IMG/VR virus record: IMGVR_UViG_3300045988_160931
Location: 32,001 to 96,000 of that record
Length of the DNA stretch: 64,000 nucleotides
Source of the DNA: a virus
Direction: 5' to 3' (one strand)
The notes under the pieces were generated by a model. That model ran no database searches and was not told where the DNA came from. It saw only the letters and a program-made list of their open reading frames with translations. Shown here piece after piece: positions 8,682 to 19,055 of this stretch (position 1 is its first letter; every line of letters starts with the position of its first letter). The position numbers and the translations under genes were made by a program.

Positions 8682-9399
8682 ATGTATAAACTTTTGCATG
8701 GTGATTGTCTCGAACTGATGAAAAAGATTCCAGATAAGTCTATTGATATGATTTTATGTGATTTACCATATGGAACAACAAAAAATAAGTGGGATGTTAT
8801 TTTACCTTTCGATTTGTTGTGGGGGGTATAGCCGCATAATTAAAGATAATGGGGCTATTGTATTATTTGGTGATGGCTGTTTTACTGCACAATTGATATT
8901 ATCTAATTTGAAAATGTGGCGGTATAATTTGATATGGGATAAACAGCGAGGGTGTGACTTCTTAAATGCGAATGTGAAACCATTAAAATCTCATGAGGAT
9001 ATTATAGTATTTTATAAGAAAAAACCTGCATATAATAAACAATTATGGTATTCAAAACCATATAAAAAAACAAAGAATGGCAATTTATCTAGTAATTATG
9101 GAGAACGAAAGTCGGCGTGGACTGAATCTTTGGATGGGGCAAGGAATCCGTTGTCAATTCTTTCATTTGGTCGTGATTCAAGTAAGTTACATCCAACACA
9201 AAAACCAGTAGCCTTACTTGAATACTTAATTAGAACTTACACAAATGAGGGTGAATTGGTTCTTGATAATTGTATGGGTTCTGGTTCTACAGGTGTTGCT
9301 TGTATAAATACGAATAGAAATTTTATTGGAATGGAATTAGACGATAAATATTTTAGTATTGCAAAAGAAAGAATTGAAAAAGCAAATGGTGAGGTGTAA
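8682..9399 (+). pseudogene. DPPY-type (N6-adenine/N4-cytosine, beta-class) DNA methyltransferase interrupted by a +1 frameshift at a G6 tract
   Basis: ORF 8682-8831 encodes '[31 protein letters not shown]...LLWGV*'. The frame-shifted ORF continues '[16 protein letters not shown]...NCMGSGSTGVA...'. Removing one G from GGGGGG (8821-8826) fuses them in frame. Confidence 0.8.
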
Positions 9400-9405
9400 T
9401 AAATA

Positions 9406-9540
9406 ATGTGTGCAACAATTTCTTTGATTATAGCTGCTACATCTGTATTTTCTGGAATTGGGTTATTTACAATGTGTTTGTGTAAAGCAGCTAGTGATGC
9501 AGATGATGCTGTAGAGAATATGATGTACAATCAAGAATGA
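9406..9540 (+). CDS. small membrane protein (44 aa, below ORF-track cutoff)
   Basis: ATG lies 9 nt after SD GGTGAGGTG. Hydrophobic 'CATISLIIAATSVFSGIGLFTMCLC'. Confidence 0.4.
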   Translation: MCATISLIIAATSVFSGIGLFTMCLCKAASDADDAVENMMYNQE

Positions 9541-9567
9541 ATAAAATAAAGAAAGAGGTATTATATT

Positions 9568-9897
9568 ATGAATAAACAAGGCACAACACTTATTATTAAA
9601 GATAGAGGAACAGGTAAGAGCACACAATTGATTTATACAAGCGCTTCAACACAATATCGAATTGTCACTCCTACTAAACAATCAATTAGATATTTAATGT
9701 ATCTCGCAAATTGTTTAGGGTTGGAAATTCCAACACCTATGACAATAGAAGATTATAGAAACAAAAGGAAAGTACCTAATGAGTGTATTCTTATTGATGA
9801 AGGGTATGATCTAATTGGAGAAGCTGTTAGTTCTTATATTGGAGCTAATGTTGTAGCAATTACTTTATCTGATAAAATAAAAGAAACAAATAATTAA
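9568..9897 (+). CDS. minimal P-loop NTPase (109 aa)
   Basis: Walker A 'DRGTGKST' and Walker B-like 'CILIDEG'. Confidence 0.5.
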   Translation: MNKQGTTLIIKDRGTGKSTQLIYTSASTQYRIVTPTKQSIRYLMYLANCLGLEIPTPMTIEDYRNKRKVPNECILIDEGYDLIGEAVSSYIGANVVAITLSDKIKETNN

Positions 9898-9916
9898 ACA
9901 AAGGAGTCTATATAAG

Positions 9917-12011
9917 ATGAGTGATAATTATACAATTCTTCATTTACATAGTATGGATTCAAATCCGTATAGTGGTGTAAAAGTAGATTCAACTGTCCAT
10001 TATCAAAAATATATTGATGAAGCTGTAAAGTGTAAAATGAAAGCGATTGCTTTTACTGAGCATGGATGTGTCCTACATAATATCGGGAAAAAGCAAGCTT
10101 GCGATAAAGCTGGATTAAAATACATTCATGCAGAAGAATTTTATATCACAGAATCATTATCAGATATAAAAAGAGATAATTATCACTGTTGCTTATTTGC
10201 AAGAAATTATAAAGGGGTAAGAGAATTAAACCGCTTATCGTCCATCTCTATGAATAAAGATGATGGTCATTTTTATTACAACCCTAGAATAACAATCGGC
10301 GAACTATTAGCTACTTCGGATAACATCTTAGTTTCTACGGCTTGTCTTGCTGGTATCTTATCTAAAGGAACAGATTCTATTAAAAAGAAGTTTTTGCAGT
10401 TTATTATAAAAAACAAACATCGATGTTGGCTTGAAATTCAACCACATAATTTTGATCGTCAGATTGATTATAATAAATTGCTTGTTCTTTTGCATAAGAA
10501 GTATTCTATAAAAATAATTGCTACTAGTGATATTCATGCAATAACGCAAAAGCAATTAAAATCAAGAGAATTGATGCAGAGAGGGAAGAATGCGAATTTC
10601 AATGATATTAAAGATGAAATCGAGTGTGATTTGAAATTTAAGAATTATTCTCAATTAGTTGAATCATTTGAAATCCAGAATGCTGTACCAAAAGAAATTT
10701 ATATGGATGCAATTGAAGAAACAAACAGATTTGCAGATTTAATAGAACCATATGATTTAGATTATAGCCCAAAATACCCTAGACTATACAAAAATCCAAT
10801 TGAAGAGTTTAAGAAAAGAATTGTTTCCGGTATAAAAGAACACAAACTTAATACACTCTCTAACTATAAGACTGAATATATGCCTAGAATCAAAGAAGAA
10901 TTTAATACATATAAGAAAAATGATGCAATTGATTTTATGCTGCTTGATTCAGATTATAAAAATTGGATGAGAGAAAACAAGATGAGATATGGCATTTCCA
11001 GAGGTAGTGTATCTGGAAGCCTGATCGCCTATCTCCTTCATAATACAGAGATTGATTCAGTAAAGTATAAATTGAACTTTTCTCGATTCATGAATCCAGA
11101 ACGTCAATCACTTGCTGATATTGATACAGACATTTATAAAGAGGATAGATATAAAGTCCGAGAGTATTTCTTTAATCGAGAAGGATTATATTGCTGTAAC
11201 ATTGTCACTTTCAATACATTAGGACTTCGTTCTGCGATAAAAGACATTGGCAGAGCATACGGCTTAACTCCTGCCGAAACGCAAAGTATATGTGATTCAA
11301 TTCAAAAGGATGAAAATGAAAAAGAATACGTTCCAGAACAGATTATCAAACAGCATGAAGAAATGTTTGAATATGTATATGAGGTTATTGGTGTTGTAAC
11401 TTCTTTAGGTAGACACGCTGCTGGAATTGTTTGTTCTCCAACAGATGTCTCATATGACTTTGCAACATTATCTATAAAAGAAGATAACAGACCAGTTTCT
11501 CAGATAGATATGCACGAAATAGATTCTTTGAATTATGTAAAAATGGATTTACTTGGTCTAAATGCTGTCGGTCTGATTTATAAGGCGTGTGATTTAGCTG
11601 GTATTGAATATAAAATCCCAGAGAATACTGACTTTAACGATAAAAATGTAATTGAATCTATCGCCGAAGATACAACTATGATATTCCAATTTGAATCTGG
11701 ATATTCTAGTGACTGTCTAAAGAAAGCTTTAAGCCCAGAAACAATTAGTAAGATCAAACAAAAGAATAAAGATGCTAGTTATATTGATATTATTTCAATG
11801 ACATCTGGTGCAATTCGTCCGGCTGGAGAGTCATATCGAGAACAACTTTTTAATGGAGAGTACAAAGACAACGGGAATGCTGTATTAAATGATTTTCTTG
11901 CACCAACACTAGGGTTTTGTGTTTATCAAGAGCAAATAATTGATTTCTTACATGAATTTTGCGATTTTAGAATGGGACAGGCTGATATCGTGCGGCGAGG
12001 GTTTGCTAAAT
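9917..12011 (+). CDS. dnaE: DNA polymerase III alpha (DnaE-type) exon 1
   Basis: PHP N-terminus 'ILHLHSMDS'. 'GISRGSVSGSLIAYLL' and 'FSRFMNPERQSLADIDTDI' are DnaE hallmarks. The frame terminates just after 'ADIVRRGFAK'. Confidence 0.85.
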
Positions 12012-13167
12012 TTTTGGCGTGTTAATCAGAAATGAATAACATTATTAGAGGGCAAAATCGGTGAAGGTTAAATAATGGCATAAATTAAAAGAATAAGGAT
12101 GGCGCTTATAAAATCAAGAATAACAGAATTACAAAAGAATGAAATTAAAGAAATGTACAAAAGTGGCATGACGTGTAAAGAGATTTTTCGAAAGTTTTCA
12201 AATATCTATAGCTGTGAAGAATCGATTCAAAAAATAGTAAGGAATATGGGCATTTCAAGAGGTAAATATAAAAAACCTGTTGTAGTCGATGAAAACTATT
12301 TTGAATGTATTGATAATGAGCGTAAGGCTTATTGGGTTGGTTTTTTACTTGCAGATGGATGTATTATAAAATATAAAAACAAATCTGATACATTAAAATT
12401 AGAGTTAAGTGTAAAAGATAAGTATATTATAGAATCATTTGCGAAAGATATTAAAACAGATAGAAAAGTAAGAGATTATAAATATAGTAAAAAGCACAAT
12501 GCTCAAATACAAATTAAGTCAAACAAAATATCAAATGATTTAAGCAAATATGGAATAGTGCCAAATAAAACATTTAAGATTGATGGTATAAAAAATATTC
12601 CAATTGAATTAATACGACACTTTATAAGAGGATATTTTGATGGAGACGGTTGTGCTTATTTATATAAACCTAAAGATCAAAATAAACATAGACTTACAAT
12701 AACATTTTGTGGGACAAAAGATTTTTTGAATGATCTGAATACCACTCTATCTGCACAGGCATTTACAGAAACAAGAACATTAATTGACATGAATAAATAC
12801 GGATGTAACGTGTTTAATTTAAGATATATCGGTAATAACGATATTAGGAATCTATTTAATTATATGTATAAAGATGCCACTGTATACTTAAAAAGAAAAA
12901 GAGAAAAGTTTATTACGTTTTTTAACGAACGAAATTAAAAGCCATTACATACTAATACCGAGGTAAATTGAAAAAGTAAAAATTTTCAATCACCGTAGAG
13001 CGTAGTAGGTGAACCTTTTTTTAGAAAGAATATAATCCTACCAAGAGTGTCCACTACCTAAACATGAATTGTAGGTAAAAATGTACGCCGACCTATATTG
13101 AAAAATATAGAAGTGGATGTGTGAATTGACACACTATTAATAGATAAAAAGCTCCACGATAACATAG
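12012..13167 (+). mobile_element. group I intron (boundaries +/- a few nt) carrying a LAGLIDADG homing-endonuclease ORF
   Basis: It separates the two halves of one polymerase. The polymerase frame has stops inside it, and non-coding flanks surround the ORF. It shares five collinear sequence blocks with the terminase intron. A U precedes the proposed 5' splice site and a G ends the intron. Confidence 0.75.
12099..12938 (+). CDS. LAGLIDADG homing endonuclease (double-motif)
   Basis: 'YWVGFLLADGCI' and 'FIRGYFDGDGCA' motifs. N-terminal HTH-like region. Confidence 0.9.
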   Translation: MALIKSRITELQKNEIKEMYKSGMTCKEIFRKFSNIYSCEESIQKIVRNMGISRGKYKKPVVVDENYFECIDNERKAYWVGFLLADGCIIKYKNKSDTLKLELSVKDKYIIESFAKDIKTDRKVRDYKYSKKHNAQIQIKSNKISNDLSKYGIVPNKTFKIDGIKNIPIELIRHFIRGYFDGDGCAYLYKPKDQNKHRLTITFCGTKDFLNDLNTTLSAQAFTETRTLIDMNKYGCNVFNLRYIGNNDIRNLFNYMYKDATVYLKRKREKFITFFNERN

Positions 13168-14369
13168 TGAAAAAAACAGGAACAGGAAAATATATTCCAA
13201 TCATAAAAAATGGTGGATATATGGAGGACATTCACGGGGATCAAGATGATAGATATATCAAGGGATTTATATCTATCGCACAAGAAAAATACAATATGAA
13301 AAAAGAAGATGCAGAAATAGCGATTAAGGATTTTTTGGATGTTATAGAATCTGCATCATCTTATCTATTTTCAAGAAATCATGCTGTCCCATATAGTATG
13401 ACAGGATACATTATTGGTTGGCTTAGATATTACTATCCTCTTGAATTATTTACTGCTGCATTAAATGTATATAAAGACAACGCAGAGAAGATTGCATCGA
13501 TCAAAGAGTATATTCGCTCAAAAGGATTCCAAATAAAGAATATTAAATTTGGGAAGTCTAAAGCAGAATACTTTATGGATAAGTCAGAAAACTCAATATA
13601 TCAGGGAATTGAGAATATATCATATTGTAATGCTCAAATAGCAGATGAATTATTTGAATTGTCAAAAAACAAATACGACTCATTTATTGAATTGTTAGAT
13701 GATATTACATCAAAAACATCTGTGAATATAAGCCAGTTGCATATTCTTACCGGATTAGATTTCTTTTCGGATTATGGGAAGAATAAAAAACTTCTCAAAG
13801 TGATCGATCTATATAATGGTGTAAAAGAAAAGAACAAGACAATTCTTCCTTCATTAAGAACTTGTAATCAAATAAAGAAAATAAAAATTGAAAGTTATTC
13901 CAAATTTGGGCTATCTGAATTTCTTATTAAGAAGTATTCTAAAAAGGAAACTGCTGCACAATATTCTAAGATCGATAATATTGGTTTATTAAACGAGATG
14001 TGCGATAGACTACCAGAAGAATCAATGACGTTGCAGGAAAGTGCAAAATTTCAAAAGGAATACTTGTCGTTCGTACAGATCGATTCTGCATTAGATGTAG
14101 ACGAAAATTATTACATGGTAATTGATTTTAAGGTGTATAAAGATAAATCACGCCCTTACTTAACACTGCAAAACTTACATGACGGCACAAAAATCAAATC
14201 AAGAATAAAGAGTTCAAGGGTATTTACAGCAAAACCATTCGATGAAATGTCAATTCTTTCAATCCCGGTTTTAGAGATGGATTTCAAAAAGAAATGTATT
14301 GATGGGGAATGGAAAGAAACAAAGGAGTTAGAATATATTCTGACAAATTATGAGGTCGTAAACGTATAA
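13168..14369 (+). CDS. dnaE: DNA polymerase III alpha (DnaE-type) exon 2
   Basis: 'SRNHAVPYSMTGYIIGWLRYYYPLELFTAAL' corresponds to the DnaE 'NKSHaaaYa...YLKahYP.eF' region. No independent SD/ATG; the listed start is a GTG. Confidence 0.8.
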
Positions 14370-14372
14370 TAA

Positions 14373-14451
14373 AAAAACAACTTACATTAGCTTGTTCGAT
14401 TCTTTTAGTTTTAATGCTAAAAATCGTATTATAATAGTGTAAGTTGTTTTT
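14373..14451. repeat. perfect 14-bp inverted repeat (AAAAACAACTTACA / TGTAAGTTGTTTTT) with a 51-nt spacer
   Basis: Arms at 14373-14386 and 14438-14451 read directly from the sequence. The spacer contains TATAAT. Lies between dnaE exon 2 and the helicase. Confidence 0.7.
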
Positions 14452-14476
14452 ATTATTTCTGAAAGGCGGTATGCGA

Positions 14477-16753
14477 ATGGCACGAAAACGTGACGAGCCT
14501 GAGACACGAGTAAGTTTCTCAGGGGAAGTTATCAAAGAAATCTGGAAGTCTGATACATTCAAAGTATATGGTGTATTGGTTAATACGGCAAAATTCCCAG
14601 ATATTAAGCAAAACGATTTTGGGAATGTATCAATTAGTGGCGATATTCAAGATTTGGTGATTGGTGCTACATATGATTTTGTTGGTATTGAACAGACAAC
14701 AAAGAATGGAATCGGATACAAACTTGAAAATGTCAAAAGAGAAACGCCAAAAGGGGATAGTATTCTTATCTTCTTGAAAGAAATATTAACAGAAAAGCAA
14801 GCCGAAGAACTATATCGTGTTTATCCAAATATTATCGATATTATAAAAGAGAACAAATATGACGATCTTGATTATAAGAAATTGCATGGTATTGGTGAAA
14901 CGCATCTCGAAAGAATCAAAAACAAAATCATTGAAAACTTCTGCCTTTCAGATATTATCACAATGTTCAATGGTTGTTTGAGCATTTCTGTGGTGAAAAA
15001 GTTATACGACAAATATGCAGATGTGCTTGTCATAGAAGAGAAATTAAAAAAATCCCCCTATGATTGTTTATGCAATCTTGGCGGAATTGGATTCAAAACA
15101 GCCGATTCGATTCTATTAAACCTTGAAGAAAAATCAAAGAAAGATGGTTTGAAATCAATTATTAAGTTTGATGATGATCTAAGAACCAGTTTACAACGGT
15201 GTATTTCTTGTGCGATTTATCTTCTAAAGAAAAACGAGGAATCTGGGAACACTAAAATGAATTTAGTCGATCTCAGAAAACAAGTTCTTGAAACAACCCC
15301 GGAATGTATTGATAAGTTCCCAACTGCAATTCAAGATAAAAGAATTTGGTATGATAAAAAGACGTTGGATATTGCACTTGATTCTACATACAAAAAAGAA
15401 TTGAAAATATCTGATTTTATACATACGATGGTTCAATCTGATTCTTCATGGGGAATTGATAAAAATAACTTTGACATTGAATGCTATCGCAAATCCGGAG
15501 ATATTGAATTGACAGATGAGCAATTAAGCTTGCTGCATAATATCATCAAATATAACATTTGCACACTAGTCGGCAATGCTGGTTCCGGGAAAACAAGTGC
15601 TGTCCAATCTGTTATCAAGATGCTACAGGATAATCACAAGCTGTTCCGACTATTAACTCCAACAGGAAAGGCTAGTAGAGTGTTATCGAAATATACAAAA
15701 TGTGCAGCGTCCACAATTCATAGAGGGCTACTCTATAATCCGTCAGACGGGTGGGGATATAATGAAAATTGTAAACTGCCATATGACATCATAATTGTAG
15801 ATGAGTTTTCTATGGTAGATATTTCACTATTTTGTAGATTGATTGACGCTATTGATTGCAGCAAGACAAAAATTCTTCTGATCGGGGACGATGCTCAGTT
15901 ACCTTCTGTTGGATGTGGTAATATCTTGCATGATATTCTTAGTTCAAATTTAGTTCCAACAGTAAAATTGACAAAAATCTTTCGATATACTTCTGGTGGT
16001 TTAATGAAAGTTGCTACTGACATAAGAAATTGTTCTCCTTATCTTGATAATAAGAACAAGGGCAAACTTATTCCGTTTGGTGAAGATAAGGATTATGTTT
16101 TTATTTCATCGAACGAAGATGATATTATTTCAGATACAATTTCATTATACAGAAAACTACTGCAATCATATAATGTCGAAGATATTCAAATCTTAACGGC
16201 AAAAAATGTAGGTAAATATGGAACAGAAAAATTGAATTTTGCCGTACAAAAGGTAGCAAATAAGAATTATGGTTCGTCAAATAACATGATAGTAGGAAAT
16301 ACGACTTATTATATAGGAGACTTGATTATCCAGAAAGCAAATAATTATAAAGCGAAGATTTATGACGAGATCGATTCTGATAATGATTCAGGGAAATCCG
16401 AAACAGCTTTTGTTGCGAATGGGGAGCATGGAATCATCAAAAAGATTGATCGTAATTACGTTGTGATTGATTTCGATGGAGTTATGATAGCATATAAAAA
16501 AAGCGAATTAAATTGTATTGGCTTAGGGTATGTAATCACAACACATCGTTCACAGGGTAGTCAAGCTAATATTGTTATTGTTGTAACTCCTAAAGCAGAT
16601 TCTTTTGTATTAAACTCTAATTTATTGTATGTAGGCGTGACGAGAGCAAAGAAAACGTGTTATCATGTTGGGAATGCTTATGCTATCAATCGTGCTATTC
16701 AAAAGAAAGAAGATTGGAGTAGAAACACTTTTCTTTATAAGTTTTTAAGCTAA
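14477..16753 (+). CDS. RecD-like SF1 DNA helicase
   Basis: Walker A 'GNAGSGKTS', Walker B 'IIIVDEFSMVD', 'TTHRSQGSQ' and 'LLYVGVTRAKK'. ATG 14477 lies 7 nt after SD GAAAGGCGG. Confidence 0.85.
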   Translation: MARKRDEPETRVSFSGEVIKEIWKSDTFKVYGVLVNTAKFPDIKQNDFGNVSISGDIQDLVIGATYDFVGIEQTTKNGIGYKLENVKRETPKGDSILIFLKEILTEKQAEELYRVYPNIIDIIKENKYDDLDYKKLHGIGETHLERIKNKIIENFCLSDIITMFNGCLSISVVKKLYDKYADVLVIEEKLKKSPYDCLCNLGGIGFKTADSILLNLEEKSKKDGLKSIIKFDDDLRTSLQRCISCAIYLLKKNEESGNTKMNLVDLRKQVLETTPECIDKFPTAIQDKRIWYDKKTLDIALDSTYKKELKISDFIHTMVQSDSSWGIDKNNFDIECYRKSGDIELTDEQLSLLHNIIKYNICTLVGNAGSGKTSAVQSVIKMLQDNHKLFRLLTPTGKASRVLSKYTKCAASTIHRGLLYNPSDGWGYNENCKLPYDIIIVDEFSMVDISLFCRLIDAIDCSKTKILLIGDDAQLPSVGCGNILHDILSSNLVPTVKLTKIFRYTSGGLMKVATDIRNCSPYLDNKNKGKLIPFGEDKDYVFISSNEDDIISDTISLYRKLLQSYNVEDIQILTAKNVGKYGTEKLNFAVQKVANKNYGSSNNMIVGNTTYYIGDLIIQKANNYKAKIYDEIDSDNDSGKSETAFVANGEHGIIKKIDRNYVVIDFDGVMIAYKKSELNCIGLGYVITTHRSQGSQANIVIVVTPKADSFVLNSNLLYVGVTRAKKTCYHVGNAYAINRAIQKKEDWSRNTFLYKFLS

Positions 16754-16900
16754 TAAATCTTAATAAAATAAACAATATAAAGAAAATAAATAATAAATCA
16801 AAGCGATAGAGTATATAAAATTACTCTTTTATATAGATTTTTTACATCATCGTATTCTTCTTGAAGCAATACGTTTGCATAAAAACAAATTTGTAAGCAG

Positions 16901-19039
16901 GTGATTATTATTCAAATAAGGAAGAAAAACGGTAGAATTGATAATTTTGATTCTAATAAAATCCGGAATGCTATTATTTCTGCATGGATTCAAATTGGAA
17001 TGCCAGATTTTAATAAAATCGATGAGATTGTTTCTACTGTACAAGAAGAAATAAAGGATAAAGAAAATGAAAACGATTACACATCGGTTGGAGAAGTAGA
17101 GAATATTGTTATGTCTGTTCTTTTCAAAGAAGTCCCAGACGTGGCAAGAGAGTATTCTAGTTACAAAATGGATAGAGAAAGAGCGAAAAAGAACCCTACA
17201 GAAATTGAAAAGGTTCTTTATGTAAACGATGAAGTTGGTTCTGAGAACGCAAACAAAAATGTTGAATTGACGCATATTAAAAACGCTTACCTTGCTGAAA
17301 TTCCTAGTAAAGAAATGATGCGAAAACTTCTCCCGAAAGATTGTGTGGAAGCACATGATAAATCAATTGTGTATTTCCACGATGCAGCTTATAGTGTAAG
17401 AAGTATGGAGAATTGCAGATTGCTAAATCTTGATGAACTTCTTCAAAATGGTTGTGAAATAAATGGTGTTTGGATTGACAAGCCAAAGTCATTTAGAACC
17501 GCTGTTACGATTGCAACACAGGCTCTCACGCATATAACTTCTAATAGTTATGGTGGTTGTACAATCAATTTACTTCATCTAGCAAAATTTGTAGATGTGA
17601 GTAGACAAAAAATCAAAAAGAAATACGATAATTACAATATTGATGATGAAACAAAAGCTAAACTTGTATCAGATGACTTGAACGAAGAAATTAAGCAAGG
17701 AATGCAGACATTTACCTATCAAAACCAGACACTTTGTTCTTCAGTAGGGCAGGCTGTATTTTTGACTGTATCTGTATATCTAAATGAAGAGCCTAAATAT
17801 ACAAATGATCTGATTTTGATTTTTACAGAGATGCTACGACAAAGAATCCAGGGGATAAAGGATAAGAGTGGTGCCTATGTCAATCCTAATTTCCCTAAGA
17901 TTCTTTATTTTCTTGACAAAGATACAATGCGTGGCGGTAAGTATTATGATGTAACAAAACTTTGTGCAGAATGTTCGGCTAAGAGATTAGTCCCAGATTA
18001 TATGAGTGTAAAGAAACATATGGAACTAAAAGGCATTTGCACAGCAAGCATGGGTTGCCGAGCATTATTATCTCCATGGCGTAATCCGAAAACAGGAAAA
18101 CTTCAAGTCTGGGGTAGGGCAAATATGGGAGTACAATCATTAAATCTCCCTTACATTGCAATGGAGAACAACGAAAATCATTCTGAAGAAATCCTTTTTG
18201 AGAATTTAGACAAATATCTTGACATCGCATATCGAGATATGTTGTGGAGAATAAATCATGTGGCAAAGATTAAAGCGAAATCTTGTCCTTTAATGTGGGT
18301 ATATGGTGGAGTTTCACGTCTTAATCCAGAAGATAATCTTGAAAGTCTTGTGTATGGTGGTTACTATACGATTAGTCTCGGCTATAGTGGACTTTATGAA
18401 TGTATAAAATATATCACTGGTGAAAACCATTGGGAAGGTAACGGCAAAATCCTTGCTCATAAACTACTTGATTACATCAATTCAAAAAATGATGAATTCG
18501 GAGAGAAGATAAATGTAAGTATTGCACTTTATGGAACGCCATCAGAAGTACTTACAACAAAGTTTGCAGATGCTTGCCTAAGAGATTTCGGACAAGTTGG
18601 CGATGGCACTCAAAGGCATTATCTCACAAATTCATATCACGTCCCTGTATTTGAAAACATGGATGCCTTTACAAAACTAACAGAAGAAGCACAATTTAGT
18701 GACAAAACTACTGGCGGCAGCATTAGCTATGTAGAAGTTCCAAATCTAAGTAATAATCTTGATGCAGTACTAGAAGTAATAGAGCATATTGGGAATACTT
18801 GCTTATATGCTGAATTGAATAGTGAAGTATCTCAATGTGAGAACCCAGATTGTATGTTCTCTGGATATGATTTCAAGAAAATTCAAGATGGTGGCACTCT
18901 GAAATGGCAATGCCCTAAATGTGGCGAAACAGAAAGAGTAAGGACAAGCTATCGTGTATGCGGATATATCAGTAATCTAAATCAGCTCACTGTTGGTAGG
19001 GCATCTGATATTCATGATAGAAAGAAACATTTGAATTGA
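16901..19039 (+). CDS. nrdD: anaerobic ribonucleoside-triphosphate reductase (class III)
   Basis: N-terminal ATP-cone-like 'RKKNGRIDNFDSNKIRNAI'. C-terminal Zn site 'CPKCGE' and glycyl-radical motif 'RVCGY'. The exact start (GTG 16901 or a nearby ATT) is uncertain. Confidence 0.9.
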   Translation: MIIIQIRKKNGRIDNFDSNKIRNAIISAWIQIGMPDFNKIDEIVSTVQEEIKDKENENDYTSVGEVENIVMSVLFKEVPDVAREYSSYKMDRERAKKNPTEIEKVLYVNDEVGSENANKNVELTHIKNAYLAEIPSKEMMRKLLPKDCVEAHDKSIVYFHDAAYSVRSMENCRLLNLDELLQNGCEINGVWIDKPKSFRTAVTIATQALTHITSNSYGGCTINLLHLAKFVDVSRQKIKKKYDNYNIDDETKAKLVSDDLNEEIKQGMQTFTYQNQTLCSSVGQAVFLTVSVYLNEEPKYTNDLILIFTEMLRQRIQGIKDKSGAYVNPNFPKILYFLDKDTMRGGKYYDVTKLCAECSAKRLVPDYMSVKKHMELKGICTASMGCRALLSPWRNPKTGKLQVWGRANMGVQSLNLPYIAMENNENHSEEILFENLDKYLDIAYRDMLWRINHVAKIKAKSCPLMWVYGGVSRLNPEDNLESLVYGGYYTISLGYSGLYECIKYITGENHWEGNGKILAHKLLDYINSKNDEFGEKINVSIALYGTPSEVLTTKFADACLRDFGQVGDGTQRHYLTNSYHVPVFENMDAFTKLTEEAQFSDKTTGGSISYVEVPNLSNNLDAVLEVIEHIGNTCLYAELNSEVSQCENPDCMFSGYDFKKIQDGGTLKWQCPKCGETERVRTSYRVCGYISNLNQLTVGRASDIHDRKKHLN

Positions 19040-19055
19040 TAGAAGGTGAGTATAG

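Noticed and set aside
12012-13167. Intein interpretation of the LAGLIDADG inserts in dnaE and terL (also 59345-60671).
   Set aside because: The host-gene frame has stops on both sides of the endonuclease ORF. There are long non-coding flanks, and the ORFs have their own starts. No in-frame fusion with Cys/Ser...His-Asn splice junctions is possible.
16847-17356. 169-aa minus-strand ORF overlapping the 5' end of nrdD.
   Set aside because: It is antisense to a gene with strong, continuous NrdD motifs. Its product is low-complexity (Phe/Ile/Asn/Arg-rich), typical of a shadow ORF in AT-rich DNA.
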